Source of the DNA: Geopsychrobacteraceae bacterium
GTDB taxonomy: Bacteria > Desulfobacterota > Desulfuromonadia > Desulfuromonadales > Geopsychrobacteraceae
Assembly (NCBI GenBank): GCA_963662315.1
Contig: OY759353.1
Span: 2,400,001 to 2,464,000 of the forward strand
Length of the DNA stretch: 64,000 nt
Direction: 5' to 3'
Below, piece by piece: positions 1 to 11,266 of the stretch; position 1 is the first letter of the stretch; every line of letters begins with the position of its first letter. Both the position numbers and the translations under genes were made by a program. The notes beneath the pieces were generated by a model that saw only the letters and a list, made by a program, of their open reading frames with translations, was not told the origin of the DNA and made no database searches.

Positions 1-1692
1 AGGGTGAACCGCTGTGTTATCAAGCACCTGTTCACTATGACGAATGCGCAGGAAACCGGCCGCCTGCTCAAAGGCCTTCTGACCGAAGCGCGGAACGTCC
101 AGCAGCTGTTTACGGGTTGCAAAGCTGCCATGCCCGTCACGATAACGGACAATAGCCTTGGCCAGGGAATCCCCAATACCTGAGACAAAGCTCAACAGCG
201 CGCCGCTGGCGGTATTCAGATCAACACCAACGTAGTTAACACAGGATTCAACAACATTATCGAGGGCTTTTTTCAAAGCACTCTGATTGACATCATGCTG
301 ATATTGTCCGACACCAATACTCTTGGGATCCACCTTGACCAGCTCGGCCAGAGGATCCTGCAAACGCCGGGCAATGGAGATGGCACCACGCACGGTCAGG
401 TCCAGATCCGGAAATTCTTCACGGGCAATGTCGGATGCTGAATAAACGCTGGCCCCTGCCTCACTGACTATGACCACCGGTATCTTCTTGCCGGCATCCT
501 TAAGCACCATACGGACAAACTGATCCATCTCACGACTGGCGGTACCGTTGCCGATGGCGATCATCTCAATCTGTTGCTGCTCAATGAGCCGTAACAGATC
601 GGAACGGGCCGCATCGACACGGCCAGCACCGGTATGCGGATAAATGGTCACATGCTCAAGAAAACGTCCGGTGCCGTCAACAGCGGCGAGCTTTGAACCG
701 GTCCGCAGCCCCGGGTCAACGCCCAGAACGCGCAGACTGCCTGCCGGTGCGGCAAGGAGCAGGTTGCGCAGATTCTCCGCAAACACATTGATCGCTTCTT
801 CATCGGCATTCTGCTTGGCCTGTAAGCGGAGCTCCACCTCGATGGACGGAGCCAACAAGCGGCCATAAGCATCTTTGATCACCTCGCTAAGCCAGTCACG
901 GTAGGGATTAGCTTCCGGAATCAGCATCCGCGCCAGACGCCCGAGAATATCATCCTCAGGGGCGGAAATCTGCAGGCGCAGGATCTCTTCCTTTTCGCCA
1001 CGCCGCATGGCCAGCATCCGGTGGGAAGGGATCTGCTTAATGGGTTCACTGAAGTCATAATACATTTCGTACTTGCTGACCGTCCCCTCTTTGCCTCGGG
1101 CCGGTTGCGAACAGAATAAACCTTCAGCCCAGGTCCGCTCACGCACAATGGCCCGCGCTTCGGCGGTATCGGCAAACATCTCGGCCAGGATATAACCGGC
1201 ACCCTGCAGAGCTGCCGCGACATTTTCAACGCCAGCTACAGCATCAACGAAAGCAGCCGCTAAAGATTCCAGGGGGGAACCATCGCCCTGCATGATTTTA
1301 TCGGCCAGCGGTTCCAGTCCCTGCTCTTTGGCAATCGTTGCCTTGGTGCGCCGCTTTGGCTTGTAAGGAAGGTACAGATCTTCAAGTTCGGTTTTTTGCC
1401 GACAGGCGAGGATTTTACCTTTAAGCTCAGCAGTCAGTTTCCCCTGCTCGTCGATCGACTTCAGAATCGTCTGGCGCCGATCCTCGAGCTCTTTAAAATA
1501 GATCAGGCGTTCCTGAAGCAAACGCACCTGAACTTCATCCAGTTCTCCGGTGACTTCTTTACGATAGCGGGCAATAAACGGAACCGTCGCCCCTTCTTCA
1601 AGCAAAGAAATGGTCTGTTTGACCTGGGTCGGTTTCAAGCCGGTCTCTTCAACCAGAAGCGCAGCAATATCCAATGTTAATAGTTCACTCAT
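1..1692 (-). CDS. tex: Tex-family RNA-binding transcriptional accessory protein (3' end runs off the window)
   Basis: Not in the ORF track because it is open-ended. Hand translation from ATG 1692 gives MSELLTLDIAALLVEETGLKPTQVKQTISLLEEGATVPFIARYRKEVTGELDEVQ; the same frame reads SEQVLDNTAVHP at base 1. Both are Tex signatures. Confidence 0.95.
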   Translation of the reverse strand, partial: MSELLTLDIAALLVEETGLKPTQVKQTISLLEEGATVPFIARYRKEVTGELDEVQVRLLQERLIYFKELEDRRQTILKSIDEQGKLTAELKGKILACRQKTELEDLYLPYKPKRRTKATIAKEQGLEPLADKIMQGDGSPLESLAAAFVDAVAGVENVAAALQGAGYILAEMFADTAEARAIVRERTWAEGLFCSQPARGKEGTVSKYEMYYDFSEPIKQIPSHRMLAMRRGEKEEILRLQISAPEDDILGRLARMLIPEANPYRDWLSEVIKDAYGRLLAPSIEVELRLQAKQNADEEAINVFAENLRNLLLAAPAGSLRVLGVDPGLRTGSKLAAVDGTGRFLEHVTIYPHTGAGRVDAARSDLLRLIEQQQIEMIAIGNGTASREMDQFVRMVLKDAGKKIPVVIVSEAGASVYSASDIAREEFPDLDLTVRGAISIARRLQDPLAELVKVDPKSIGVGQYQHDVNQSALKKALDNVVESCVNYVGVDLNTASGALLSFVSGIGDSLAKAIVRYRDGHGSFATRKQLLDVPRFGQKAFEQAAGFLRIRHSEQVLDNTAVHP

Positions 1693-1933
1693 AGGTCAGT
1701 TCTTTTCGTGTAGAAGGTTTAACTGTCAATCGGGAGGCGGATGGTAGCATGCCCGTTAACCTTTGCAAAGGTTCTATCGTAGCTCACCCCCGGGCAAAAG
1801 CGCTCATAAAATTCAGAAATTAATCAGATCGTTAACATATAAAGGTAAGAATAAATTTTGGGGTCAGCCCGGTATAACAGGCTCTGAACTGGTATATTTA
1901 ATATTTAAAACGTCCCTGTGAAAGGATTCACTT

Positions 1934-2536
1934 ATGAAAGCATCCGTAAGAACATTTGCTCTTCTTGCCTGCCTGCTCCTGTGTTTTACCTTGCCGGCCA
2001 ACGCAGCACGCTATGGTTTTTTTCTCGATGCTGCCGGAGGTTCCGGTGAAGCAGAGTGGGATTCTGACTCAGACGAATGGGATATCGATACCGGCGCCTT
2101 TGCCATCGGCTTCGCTATGGACAGTGACCCGGCCCCTGATCAGTTTTTTAGCCTGCGACTGAACGTCGGCCTGGCCAGCCTTGATATTGAAGATGACAAT
2201 AACGATACCCTGGAGTGTGGTGGTATTTATGCCGAGACGATTTTCGGTTTTTCACCGCTGCGAACCACTCAAATGCGTTGGTGGATTGGCCCGCTGGTCA
2301 GAATCGGTTATTATCATGGAGAAGGTGATGATTTTGATGTCGATCTTGATTTCGCTGAATTTGCCATTGGCGCAGCAACCGGCTTGAACATTGACCTTGG
2401 CCCGGTGGTTCTGGCCCCCTCCATTGGTTGGCGAGTCAGTGGCTACGCCGGGGATGGAAAACAGGAAAACGGCTTTAAAGATGACTGGAGCGGCGGAGCG
2501 TCAAGTATCTTCTTCAACTTTGCGACATTATTTTAA
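1934..2536 (+). CDS. Exported, probable small outer-membrane beta-barrel protein
   Basis: Signal peptide ending PANA-A, alternating hydrophobic beta-strand pattern, acidic loops, C-terminal Phe; RBS AAGGA. Confidence 0.7.
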   Translation: MKASVRTFALLACLLLCFTLPANAARYGFFLDAAGGSGEAEWDSDSDEWDIDTGAFAIGFAMDSDPAPDQFFSLRLNVGLASLDIEDDNNDTLECGGIYAETIFGFSPLRTTQMRWWIGPLVRIGYYHGEGDDFDVDLDFAEFAIGAATGLNIDLGPVVLAPSIGWRVSGYAGDGKQENGFKDDWSGGASSIFFNFATLF

Positions 2537-2565
2537 TCATCTCTTCCTCTTAAGTCAGCGACTTA

Positions 2566-2605
2566 TTCCAGGGACGAGTTTTCATAACCGGCTCGTCCTT
2601 GGGAA
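2566..2605 (+). terminator. Stem-loop after the beta-barrel gene
   Basis: ttccagggacgagtt...ggctcgtccttgggaa imperfect inverted repeat; no clear U tract. Confidence 0.4.
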
Positions 2606-2722
2606 ACAGCTACGTATCCCTGCGGAAATCCAAACAATCTGTTGCCATCCCTGCCCAGATTTTGTAGTTTGTTAAATTCAGAAATCAGCAAACCTACTGC
2701 TCAAAATAGAAAGTGAGGAGCT

Positions 2723-4576
2723 ATGCCAGCTTATCGTTCACACACCAGTACTCACGGCCGCAACATGGCCGGAGCACGTTCATTGTGGCGCGCAACCGGA
2801 ATGAAAGATGACGATTTCGGCAAACCGATTATTGCCGTCGTCAACTCCTTCGTCGAGTTTGTCCCCGGCCACGTCCATTTGAAAGACCTCGGCCAGATGG
2901 TCGCCCGCGAAATTGAAGCCGCCGGCGGCGTCGCCAAGGAATTCAATACCATCGCTATTGATGACGGTATCGCCATGGGGCATGGCGGCATGCTCTATTC
3001 CCTGCCATCACGCGATCTGATTGCTGACAGTGTTGAATACATGGTCAATGCCCATTGTGCCGATGCCATGGTCTGTATCTCCAACTGTGACAAGATCACT
3101 CCCGGCATGCTTATGGCAGCCATGCGCCTCAATATTCCCGCTGTCTTTGTCTCCGGTGGCCCTATGGAAGCCGGCAAAGCCACCATCGCAGGCAAAGAGC
3201 AGAAGCTCGATCTGATTCAGGCCATGGTCAAGGGGGCGGACCCGAACGTTTCGGACGAAGAATCCAACCAGGTGGAACGCTCGGCATGCCCGACCTGCGG
3301 CTCCTGCTCCGGCATGTTTACCGCCAACTCCATGAACTGCCTGAATGAAGCCATCGGCCTGGCGCTGCCCGGTAATGGCACAGTCGTTGCGACGCACGCT
3401 GACCGTAAAGAGTTGTTCCTCGAAGCGGGCCGCCTGATTGTCGATTTGTGCAAACGTTACTATCAGCAGGAAGATGAATCGGTCCTGCCCCGTAACGTTG
3501 CCTCTTTCAAATCCTTCGAAAACGCCATGCGCCTCGATATTGCCATGGGTGGTTCAACCAACACGGTTCTTCATCTGCTGGCCATTGCCCAGGAAGCAGG
3601 CATCGATTTCACAATGGACGACATGAACCGTCTGTCGGTCTCTACCCCCTGCATCTGCAAGGTCGCTCCGGCGGTGGGGAATGTTTTTATCGAAGATGTC
3701 CACCGTGCCGGTGGTATCATGGGTATCCTTGGTGAGCTTGACCGGGCCGGACTAATTCATCGCGATGTCCCCACCGTCCATAGTGCCACCCTGGGTGATG
3801 CTCTCGACAAATGGGACGTTATCAGCACCAAAGATGAGAGAGTCAAGGAGTTTTACCGTGCTGCTCCGGGAAACCGCTTCTCTTTACAGGCATTTTCGCA
3901 AAACGAACGCTATGCCGAACTGGACACCGACCGCAGTAAAGGGGTTATTCGTGCTCTTGACAACGCCTTTACCAAAGAAGGCGGTCTCGCCATCCTGTAT
4001 GGCAATCTGGCCCCTAACGGCTGCGTGGTCAAGACGGCTGGTGTAGATGAAAGCATCTGGGAGTTTTCCGGCCCTGTTGTCCTGTTTGAATCTCAGGAGG
4101 ACGCTGTTGAAGGCATTCTGCGTGGCAAGGTCAAAAAAGGGGATGTTGTTGTCATTCGCTATGAAGGTCCGCGTGGTGGGCCGGGTATGCAGGAAATGCT
4201 TTACCCGACCTCGTACCTCAAATCGATGGGGCTGGGCAAGGAATGTGCCCTGATCACCGACGGCCGCTTCTCCGGTGGTACCTCCGGATTGTCAATTGGT
4301 CACGTCAGCCCTGAAGCCGCATCAAAAGGGAACATCGGGCTGGTACAACAAGGGGATACGATTGAAATTGATATTCCAAAGCGCAGTATCCGCATCGCCA
4401 TTTCTGACGCAGAACTGGAAACCCGCCGGACAGCAATGGAAGCCAAGGGTGATAAAGCCTGGTTACCGGTAGATCGTGATCGCCAGGTCAGCAAATCCCT
4501 TCAGGCTTATGGCCTCCTGGCGCAGAGTGCAGACAAAGGTGCCGTACGCGACCTAAGCCTGGTGCGCAAAGTTTAA
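2723..4576 (+). CDS. ilvD: Dihydroxy-acid dehydratase
   Basis: [57 protein letters not shown] motifs. Confidence 0.98.
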   Translation: MPAYRSHTSTHGRNMAGARSLWRATGMKDDDFGKPIIAVVNSFVEFVPGHVHLKDLGQMVAREIEAAGGVAKEFNTIAIDDGIAMGHGGMLYSLPSRDLIADSVEYMVNAHCADAMVCISNCDKITPGMLMAAMRLNIPAVFVSGGPMEAGKATIAGKEQKLDLIQAMVKGADPNVSDEESNQVERSACPTCGSCSGMFTANSMNCLNEAIGLALPGNGTVVATHADRKELFLEAGRLIVDLCKRYYQQEDESVLPRNVASFKSFENAMRLDIAMGGSTNTVLHLLAIAQEAGIDFTMDDMNRLSVSTPCICKVAPAVGNVFIEDVHRAGGIMGILGELDRAGLIHRDVPTVHSATLGDALDKWDVISTKDERVKEFYRAAPGNRFSLQAFSQNERYAELDTDRSKGVIRALDNAFTKEGGLAILYGNLAPNGCVVKTAGVDESIWEFSGPVVLFESQEDAVEGILRGKVKKGDVVVIRYEGPRGGPGMQEMLYPTSYLKSMGLGKECALITDGRFSGGTSGLSIGHVSPEAASKGNIGLVQQGDTIEIDIPKRSIRIAISDAELETRRTAMEAKGDKAWLPVDRDRQVSKSLQAYGLLAQSADKGAVRDLSLVRKV

Positions 4577-4601
4577 GCTCAACCTGCGGTAAACCAACAA
4601 C

Positions 4602-4648
4602 AAAGAGCGGTAGCAAGGTGGATTCCTTGCTACCGCTCTTTTCTTTTG
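4602..4648 (+). terminator. Intrinsic terminator (probably bidirectional)
   Basis: aaagagcggtagcaagg / ccttgctaccgctcttt perfect stem followed by ttcttttg, between convergent genes. Confidence 0.85.
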
Positions 4649-4726
4649 AAATCAGATCAGTCCTGATCCTCGTCAAACACACTTGATGAAATATCTTGCC
4701 TCCAATCCCGGCAAACTGACAAATTC

Positions 4727-5227
4727 TTATTTATTGACGTCAGGAAACGACCAGATCATCGTCCCACCAGCGTCCGGCTCGCCTTCAATGAAGTCCACTT
4801 CATAGCCAAACGTATAGGCGACAACCCCTACGGGTCGATCCATACGTGTGTTGAACGATTCTTTGTCCTGGGGACTGGCAAAACCGGAATACAGGATCTG
4901 CCGGTAAGCAACAACGCGGTTATTTTTATCCAGTAAAAACAGACTGACCTTCAGATTCTGCGCCCGGGCATACATAATCTGCGGGTGATTGGCAAAACCA
5001 ACCGTACCCTGCACAGAAATCGCACCGTCAGTTACTGAGATGCTATGGTCAATATCGAGATAAAGATCCTGCCACTTCTGCGGCGCTGTGCCTGTTGCAG
5101 GGACAGGAATGACTGCTGCTTTATCCGCCAGAGCATTAAGATAATGTTGTGGCCCGCTTGACTGGCAGGCGACTAAGGGTACAAGCAAAACAGACAATAT
5201 GAAGTATTTCAGTATTTTAATGAACAT
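4727..5227 (-). CDS. Hypothetical lipoprotein
   Basis: Lipobox LVAC after a hydrophobic N-terminus; RBS GGGGAG. Confidence 0.75.
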   Translation of the reverse strand: MFIKILKYFILSVLLVPLVACQSSGPQHYLNALADKAAVIPVPATGTAPQKWQDLYLDIDHSISVTDGAISVQGTVGFANHPQIMYARAQNLKVSLFLLDKNNRVVAYRQILYSGFASPQDKESFNTRMDRPVGVVAYTFGYEVDFIEGEPDAGGTMIWSFPDVNK

Positions 5228-5456
5228 GTCGATCTCCCCAAAGGAAAATAGGTAAAGATTGGAAGACTTTGATCGCGACGAGCCCCACTCACAGCCTCGC
5301 CAGAGTCATCTTTTGATACTATACTCCAAAGAGAAAAGTTGTGTCTGCAGACAGGAGCAACAAACTTCAGTAACGGGACAGTCGTAAAGATCTTTAGGGG
5401 AGCATCCCGATTGGCCGGGGAGGAAATGACATATCTGCTCTCAACATGAATAAGCT

Positions 5457-5684
5457 TTAGTGGTGAAGCGATTTCTCCCACAGCTGCCTAGCCTTTTGGG
5501 CAAACCATTGCTTGTCGCGCAAAACAACTTTAATCAGTTTAGCACGCTTTACATCCAGTATTTTGGGGCCGGCATCATAAAACCGTACCTGCACTTTGCC
5601 ATTTTTTTCGCTGCGCTGAATTATTCCCGGTCCCCATTCCGGCTTGCCAAGGATACGCACACGATCACCTTGAAAATATTCCAT
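5457..5684 (-). CDS. Small SH3-like protein, DUF3553-like
   Basis: GDRVR..KPEWGPGII...KVQVRF..AG.K pattern; AGGAGG RBS favours ATG 5684. Confidence 0.7.
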   Translation of the reverse strand: MEYFQGDRVRILGKPEWGPGIIQRSEKNGKVQVRFYDAGPKILDVKRAKLIKVVLRDKQWFAQKARQLWEKSLHH

Positions 5685-5886
5685 AACCAACCTCCTGAAC
5701 TTATATCGACTCTATAAGGAATAGCTCAGAACACGAAAATGTCAAACAAGAACAAGAGAAATTCTCACTATTTTTCAATAACTTAGTCAGAACGATCAAT
5801 ACAGGAATGGATTTAACGAATGATATTGCAGTGATATTGACGGACAACAAAACATTGTCGGAAAGCAATCAATTATCTGGGTATCC

Positions 5887-6255
5887 TTATCCACCGGACA
5901 ACCAGGAAACAGGCATACCGGCTGCGAGCCAGCCAAGCATACCGTCATTCACATTATACAGCTGACGTTCGGTTGTCACTTCAAGGAGGAATTCACAGAT
6001 TAACGCGGTTCTTCGGCCACTGCGGCAGATCAACACCAGGTCCTGACGCGCCGGGACCAGCTGATTCATGGCTGCCAACCATTTTAACGGGTCACTGCTG
6101 CCGTCAGCAGCAAAAAAGGTCAGGCAAATTGCGCCGTTAACAACACCTGTCAACCGCCATTCTTCGGGGCGACGAACATCGATGATTGCCGCGCCACCCT
6201 GTAACAGCTCCGGAACACCGACACTCGGCACCTGATGATATCTGCGTAACTCCAT
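5887..6255 (-). CDS. Single-domain rhodanese-like protein
   Basis: IIDVRRPEEW, active-site loop ICRSGRRT, NVNDGMLGW; RBS GGGAGA before ATG 6255. Confidence 0.88.
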   Translation of the reverse strand: MELRRYHQVPSVGVPELLQGGAAIIDVRRPEEWRLTGVVNGAICLTFFAADGSSDPLKWLAAMNQLVPARQDLVLICRSGRRTALICEFLLEVTTERQLYNVNDGMLGWLAAGMPVSWLSGG

Positions 6256-6404
6256 AATTCTCCCACGAGACAAATCTTTTCTGCTCTCATTTTAAGCGCC
6301 AAACACCACATTGTAGTGCACAGCCATTCAAATAAGATATAATTTTTAAAACATCCCACGAATACACAAAGTATTCTGCTGATCCCAGACAAAGGAGGTC
6401 CACC

Positions 6405-6893
6405 ATGCTCCCCCTTTACAAAACGATTCTGGTTACTTCCGACTTCACCCCCAACTCTGACCACGCATTCAAACATGCCATCATGCTGGCCAGACAGAAT
6501 AACGCTAAAATTCACCTCCTTCACGTCATTCAACAGGTTGAATCTTCAGTTCGCGGCTATATCTCGTCAGTCGTCGGTGAAAGTCGACTCAGCGAGTTCG
6601 AAAAAAATAATTATCTGAAAGCGCAGATCGAATTGAAGAAGGAATTGAATGACTTTGCCGAAAAAGAGCTCAAAAATTATCCTCACGATCTGGCCCGCTT
6701 TGCCGGCTCTCGTGTGGTCATTGGCCAACCAGTACCACTGATTTTATCCGTTGCAGACGAACTGAACGCTGATGTTATTGTTATGGGAACTCATGGCAAA
6801 GGCATTATTGAACATGCCTTTCTTGGTAGCGTTGCGGAAAAAGTACTGCGCAAAGCCAACCGTCCGGTCTTTACGATCCCCCTTCCATCTTGA
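6405..6893 (+). CDS. Universal stress protein (UspA family)
   Basis: YKTILVTSDF, ADVIVMGTHGKG...LGSVAEKVLRKANRPV; RBS AAGGAGG. Confidence 0.95.
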   Translation: MLPLYKTILVTSDFTPNSDHAFKHAIMLARQNNAKIHLLHVIQQVESSVRGYISSVVGESRLSEFEKNNYLKAQIELKKELNDFAEKELKNYPHDLARFAGSRVVIGQPVPLILSVADELNADVIVMGTHGKGIIEHAFLGSVAEKVLRKANRPVFTIPLPS

Positions 6894-6898
6894 GATGA

Positions 6899-6942
6899 AG
6901 CCTGGATGAAGCAATCAGGCTTCATCCAGGCTCACCTTTTTC
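6899..6942 (+). terminator. Intrinsic terminator after usp
   Basis: agcctggatgaagc / gcttcatccaggct 14-bp stem then caccttttt. Confidence 0.75.
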
Positions 6943-7467
6943 GCGCCCCAATTATTTCGGCGCAACCGGTTCGGTCAGTTAAATGACATGAGGACTTTAA
7001 TGTTCCCGATACATTTTTTATTTTCTTTTTTCTTAAAAGTCACTAACATTAGATAGAGTTATGTTTCTCATAATTTGTGGTCTGGTCCAGTGCAATATCA
7101 ACGAGCTTTTCAGAAATCCATTTTGTTCAAAGGGATTACGCAATACGTGGTTGTTTATGGTATGAAAGTCATTACTCGCGTTGTTATGGGTAACAGCCTG
7201 ACTTATTGCCAGATTTCTGATCTGTATCTGCGTAACCAGGAATAAACCTGGCCTACGCACCAACGTTGGGAACACTGATCATTTTCTGGAGGAACAGAAC
7301 AACCCATATCCGGTTGAAAATGCCGGCAACAATTTACTTCAATGTCAAGAATAACTGGCAGTTTGAACAACTAAATACTCCTTCGCCAGGTGAGATTGCT
7401 AAAATAGCAGGGGATAAATGAAGATTATTCCAGTTGGACCCGTAACCACGCGAAAAAGGAATGGGCC

Positions 7468-10400
7468 GTGACCGCCTCAGCCATTGTTTTTCTAATAGTC
7501 CTTGCCGCATCTTTTGGCGTGTTATCAGTCATCCTGCTGCTTCGCAATAAATCCCTGCGACAACAGATCTCGTCATCATCCGTTTCCGAGTATCCCCCTG
7601 CAGACCTGGCTCAATCAACCCTGATTGAGCAGCTTCCGATCCCCGTGTTTCGCAAGGACAGCCAAGGACACATCCTTTACGTGAATAAAGCCTTTGAAGA
7701 GATGATCGGCCGGTCTCGCCATGAGCTGCAGGGAAAAACTGATGGCCTGTACAATTCTTTTGAACTGGCCTCTATTGACAAAGCTCAAGATCAGAAACTT
7801 CTTGAACGGGGCGGTGATCAGATTTACGAAGGAAAAATTGAAAACCACCGGGGGGAAGTACGGAATATTGTCTTTCATAAACGTGCAATTACTGATCAGG
7901 AAGGCAGAATTTCAGAAATTATCGGCCTCGCGTTTGATATCACTGATCGTAAACAGATAGAACAACAGCTCCTTGAACAACAGAAAATGTTCATGTCTCT
8001 GGTTGAAAATCTTCCAGACCTGATTATTCGTTATGACAGGGAATATCGCCGGACCTATGTCAATCCGGCTTATTTTGAGCTGACAGGAACATCCGCCGGT
8101 CAAATACTGGGCTCCAACGCCGGAGACATCTGGACCGGGGATATAGCCTTTGCTGACTATCAAGCTCTGATTAGAAAAGTTTTTACCGGCGGAGAGATTG
8201 AAAACCTGGTTATCTCCCAGTCCGACCGCCATGGAAAAAACCATCTCTTTTCTATTTCTCTGGTGCCAGAAACAACCTCAGTAGGACAAATCACCGGCGT
8301 GTTTGCCATTGGTCATGATATTACCCGATTAAAGCAAACTGAAAATCAGTTTCGCAACCTGACCGAAAACTGGCCCGATGAAATAGCAACATATGACATC
8401 AACCTCCGCCGTATTTTCATGAACCCAGCCATGGAGCAAACCCTCTCCAAACACGCAGACAGGGTAGGTCAATTGCTAGGGGCAACACCTTCAGAATCAA
8501 TTCCGGGCGTACAAAACATTATTGATTACGAGAATAAGCTCAAGGAAGTCCTGACTACAGGTAAGGTCTGCGACTATGAAATGCTCTGGCAGCCAAATTC
8601 ACAGCAGTGTCAGTATCGTCAGGTAAAAATGTTGCCGGAATATGACATCGCCGGCAAGATCTGCGGCATTTTTACTGTTGCAAGAGACATAACTCAGCAG
8701 AAACAAGCCGAAAATGAGAAACAAAAAAAGCTCGAATTCTTTGCCAACCTTGATCGGGTAAACCGGACAATCCAGCAATCCAATGATCTCAAGCAGACCA
8801 CGAATGATACGCTCAAAGTCATTCTGGACATTTTCTCCTGTGATCGTGCATTTCTGGCCTATCCACTCGATCCCGAAGTAACAACATTTACCGCCCCCAT
8901 CGAACAGACCCGTCCGGAATACCCTGGGGCAAAGAATAGAGAAGAACCTGTTTTTATCGATAAAAACGGGCGAATAATGCTGCAGTTGTTACTGGCAAGT
9001 GACCATCCCCTGCAGTTTGGCACACACAGTCAATATGCATTGCCCCAATTTATGGAAGACGTGTTTGCGGTCAAATCGATGCTGTCTATTGCCATTTATC
9101 CTAAAATTGGCGCTCCATGGCACTTTTCTCTGAACCAGTGCTCAGCGGAGCGCATCTGGACCGAAAACGAGATCAGACTCTTTCATGAAATCAGTAACAG
9201 ACTTTCAGATGCGCTGACCGCGGCCTTAAGTTATCAGGATCTTCAGGACAGCAAACACTTTATTGACAGTATCTTCACACATATTCCTACCATGCTATAC
9301 GTCAAAGACGCCAAAACCCTGGCTTACGTCAGAGTTAACCAATCAGCAGAAGAATTTATGAATGCCAGCGAAGCCGAACTGATTGGCAAAACCGATTTCG
9401 ATTTTTTCTCGGCAGAGACGGCAACTTTTCACCGCCAGACGGATCTTGAGGCGCTTGAGAAAAAATCCCTTGTCTATATCCCGGAGGAAATCCTGTATAC
9501 CCCCGAGGGGAAAAAGCATTACCTTCAAGTCAAAAAAATGGTCATGACTGACCAGCAAGGCAATCCAGACTATTTGCTGATCCTCACTGACGATGTTACC
9601 AAACTGAAACTGTCCCAGGAAACAACCCGCCAGTTTACCCAGGTTATTACCCAGAGCCCTTACGGTATCATCTTCACCGATACTGAGGGGCATATAGAAT
9701 TTGCCAATCAGAAATTCTATGAAACGGAACAACTGACGCCGGAAGAACTGTCGCATATGACGCTGAAGCAGTTACTTGACCTGGACGCTGAGGACCTGCG
9801 CCTCGCTGCTGAAGTCATTAGTGAGCACGGGGTCTGGCGTCAGGAACGACGTTATCGCTCAAAAACCGGCGATAACAGTTGGAGACACCTGCAGATTACC
9901 GCAATAACCGACGAAGATCATCCCGACAACCCGATCACCAACTTTGTCATCGTCAGTGAAGACATTTCCCAGCGCAAACTGCTTGAAGAACAGCTGCACC
10001 ATTCTCAGAGAATGGAGGCCATCGGCCAACTGGCCGGTGGAGTCGCGCACGATTTCAACAACATGCTCGGCGTTATTGTCGGGCGCACCGACCTGGCATT
10101 GACAAAGCTCAGCCCCGAGGACCCCCTTTTTATCTCCCTGCAGGAAGTCAGTAAAGCTGCTAACCGTTCAGCAGACCTTACCCGGCAACTGCTGACGTTC
10201 GCTCGCAAACAGGACATTGCGCCTAAAATTCTTGAGCTGAACAAAACCGTAGAGGGAACACTGAACATGCTGCGCCGTCTGATCGGTGAAGATATTCATC
10301 TGGTCTGGATCCCTTCCCCGAAAACCTGGCCCATAAAAATCGATCCGTCACAGCTTGATCAGATTCTGACAAATCTGTGTGTTAATGCTCGCGACGCCAT

Positions 10401-11130
10401 GCCTGAAGGGGGAAAAATAATTATAGAAACGGGGAATGTTACCCTGAGCGAGGAGGACTGCTGTCTAAACAGTGATGCGACACCCGGCAACTACGCCATG
10501 CTTTCTATCTGTGATAATGGTAGCGGTATCAACCAGGAATTCATCAGTAACATATTTGATCCCTTTTTCACCACCAAGGAACTTGGAAAAGGGACCGGGC
10601 TTGGTCTCTCAACTGTTTATGGCATTGTTAAACAAAACAAAGGCTTCATCAATGTTGTCAGTGAACCGGGCCATGGTACAACCTTCACCATCTTCCTGCC
10701 ACGCGTTGAAAATGAGAATCTGGAACCACAGTCAAGGACAGGGGTCGCCCTGCCACGTGGCACGGAAACCATCCTTGTCGTTGAAGATGATCAGACGATT
10801 CTCGCCACGGAAGCAAGTATGCTGGAAATGCTGGGCTACAGAGTTTTTGCAGCGCAAACCCCGGCGGAAGCCATTCTGCTTGCCGAACAATACTCCGGCC
10901 ATATCCAACTGCTGATTTCCGATGTCATTATGCCCGACATGAACGGACGAGAACTGGTTAGATTAATGACGACACACTATCCACAACTCAAAACCCTTTA
11001 CATGTCGGGTTATACCGGTGATGTCATTGCCCACCACGGCGTCCTCGAAGAGGGGGTCAATTTTCTACAAAAGCCGTTTTCGCTTCATTCATTGGCAACC
11101 AAGGTCAGAGAGGTCCTTGATAAGAGCTAA
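7468..11130 (+). CDS. Hybrid sensor histidine kinase (TM, multiple PAS, GAF, HisKA, HATPase, REC)
   Basis: Repeated PAS/PAC ends (DITDRK, DITRLK, DITQQK, DISQRK), H-box GVAHDFNN, PFFTTKELGKGTGLGL, REC LLISDVIMPDMNG...KPF. Confidence 0.95.
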   Translation: MTASAIVFLIVLAASFGVLSVILLLRNKSLRQQISSSSVSEYPPADLAQSTLIEQLPIPVFRKDSQGHILYVNKAFEEMIGRSRHELQGKTDGLYNSFELASIDKAQDQKLLERGGDQIYEGKIENHRGEVRNIVFHKRAITDQEGRISEIIGLAFDITDRKQIEQQLLEQQKMFMSLVENLPDLIIRYDREYRRTYVNPAYFELTGTSAGQILGSNAGDIWTGDIAFADYQALIRKVFTGGEIENLVISQSDRHGKNHLFSISLVPETTSVGQITGVFAIGHDITRLKQTENQFRNLTENWPDEIATYDINLRRIFMNPAMEQTLSKHADRVGQLLGATPSESIPGVQNIIDYENKLKEVLTTGKVCDYEMLWQPNSQQCQYRQVKMLPEYDIAGKICGIFTVARDITQQKQAENEKQKKLEFFANLDRVNRTIQQSNDLKQTTNDTLKVILDIFSCDRAFLAYPLDPEVTTFTAPIEQTRPEYPGAKNREEPVFIDKNGRIMLQLLLASDHPLQFGTHSQYALPQFMEDVFAVKSMLSIAIYPKIGAPWHFSLNQCSAERIWTENEIRLFHEISNRLSDALTAALSYQDLQDSKHFIDSIFTHIPTMLYVKDAKTLAYVRVNQSAEEFMNASEAELIGKTDFDFFSAETATFHRQTDLEALEKKSLVYIPEEILYTPEGKKHYLQVKKMVMTDQQGNPDYLLILTDDVTKLKLSQETTRQFTQVITQSPYGIIFTDTEGHIEFANQKFYETEQLTPEELSHMTLKQLLDLDAEDLRLAAEVISEHGVWRQERRYRSKTGDNSWRHLQITAITDEDHPDNPITNFVIVSEDISQRKLLEEQLHHSQRMEAIGQLAGGVAHDFNNMLGVIVGRTDLALTKLSPEDPLFISLQEVSKAANRSADLTRQLLTFARKQDIAPKILELNKTVEGTLNMLRRLIGEDIHLVWIPSPKTWPIKIDPSQLDQILTNLCVNARDAMPEGGKIIIETGNVTLSEEDCCLNSDATPGNYAMLSICDNGSGINQEFISNIFDPFFTTKELGKGTGLGLSTVYGIVKQNKGFINVVSEPGHGTTFTIFLPRVENENLEPQSRTGVALPRGTETILVVEDDQTILATEASMLEMLGYRVFAAQTPAEAILLAEQYSGHIQLLISDVIMPDMNGRELVRLMTTHYPQLKTLYMSGYTGDVIAHHGVLEEGVNFLQKPFSLHSLATKVREVLDKS

Positions 11131-11266
11131 AAAAGACAAACCCGATTGAAACCAAGCGCATTTCAATTAAACTCAAATAAATAGATCGTTTTCAGAACTT
11201 ACTGAAATCGATAGACATAATCATTGTGATGCGTTGCTACGCAAAGAAAGAGTTGATCACAGAGTC

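Noticed and set aside
644..1680. Short ORFs at 644-1680
   Set aside because: Shadows of the tex gene on the minus strand.
5228..5456. Possible c-di-GMP (GEMM) riboswitch or sRNA upstream of the lipoprotein gene
   Set aside because: The GGCAAAC...GAAA...GACGCAAAGC core could not be found on either strand.
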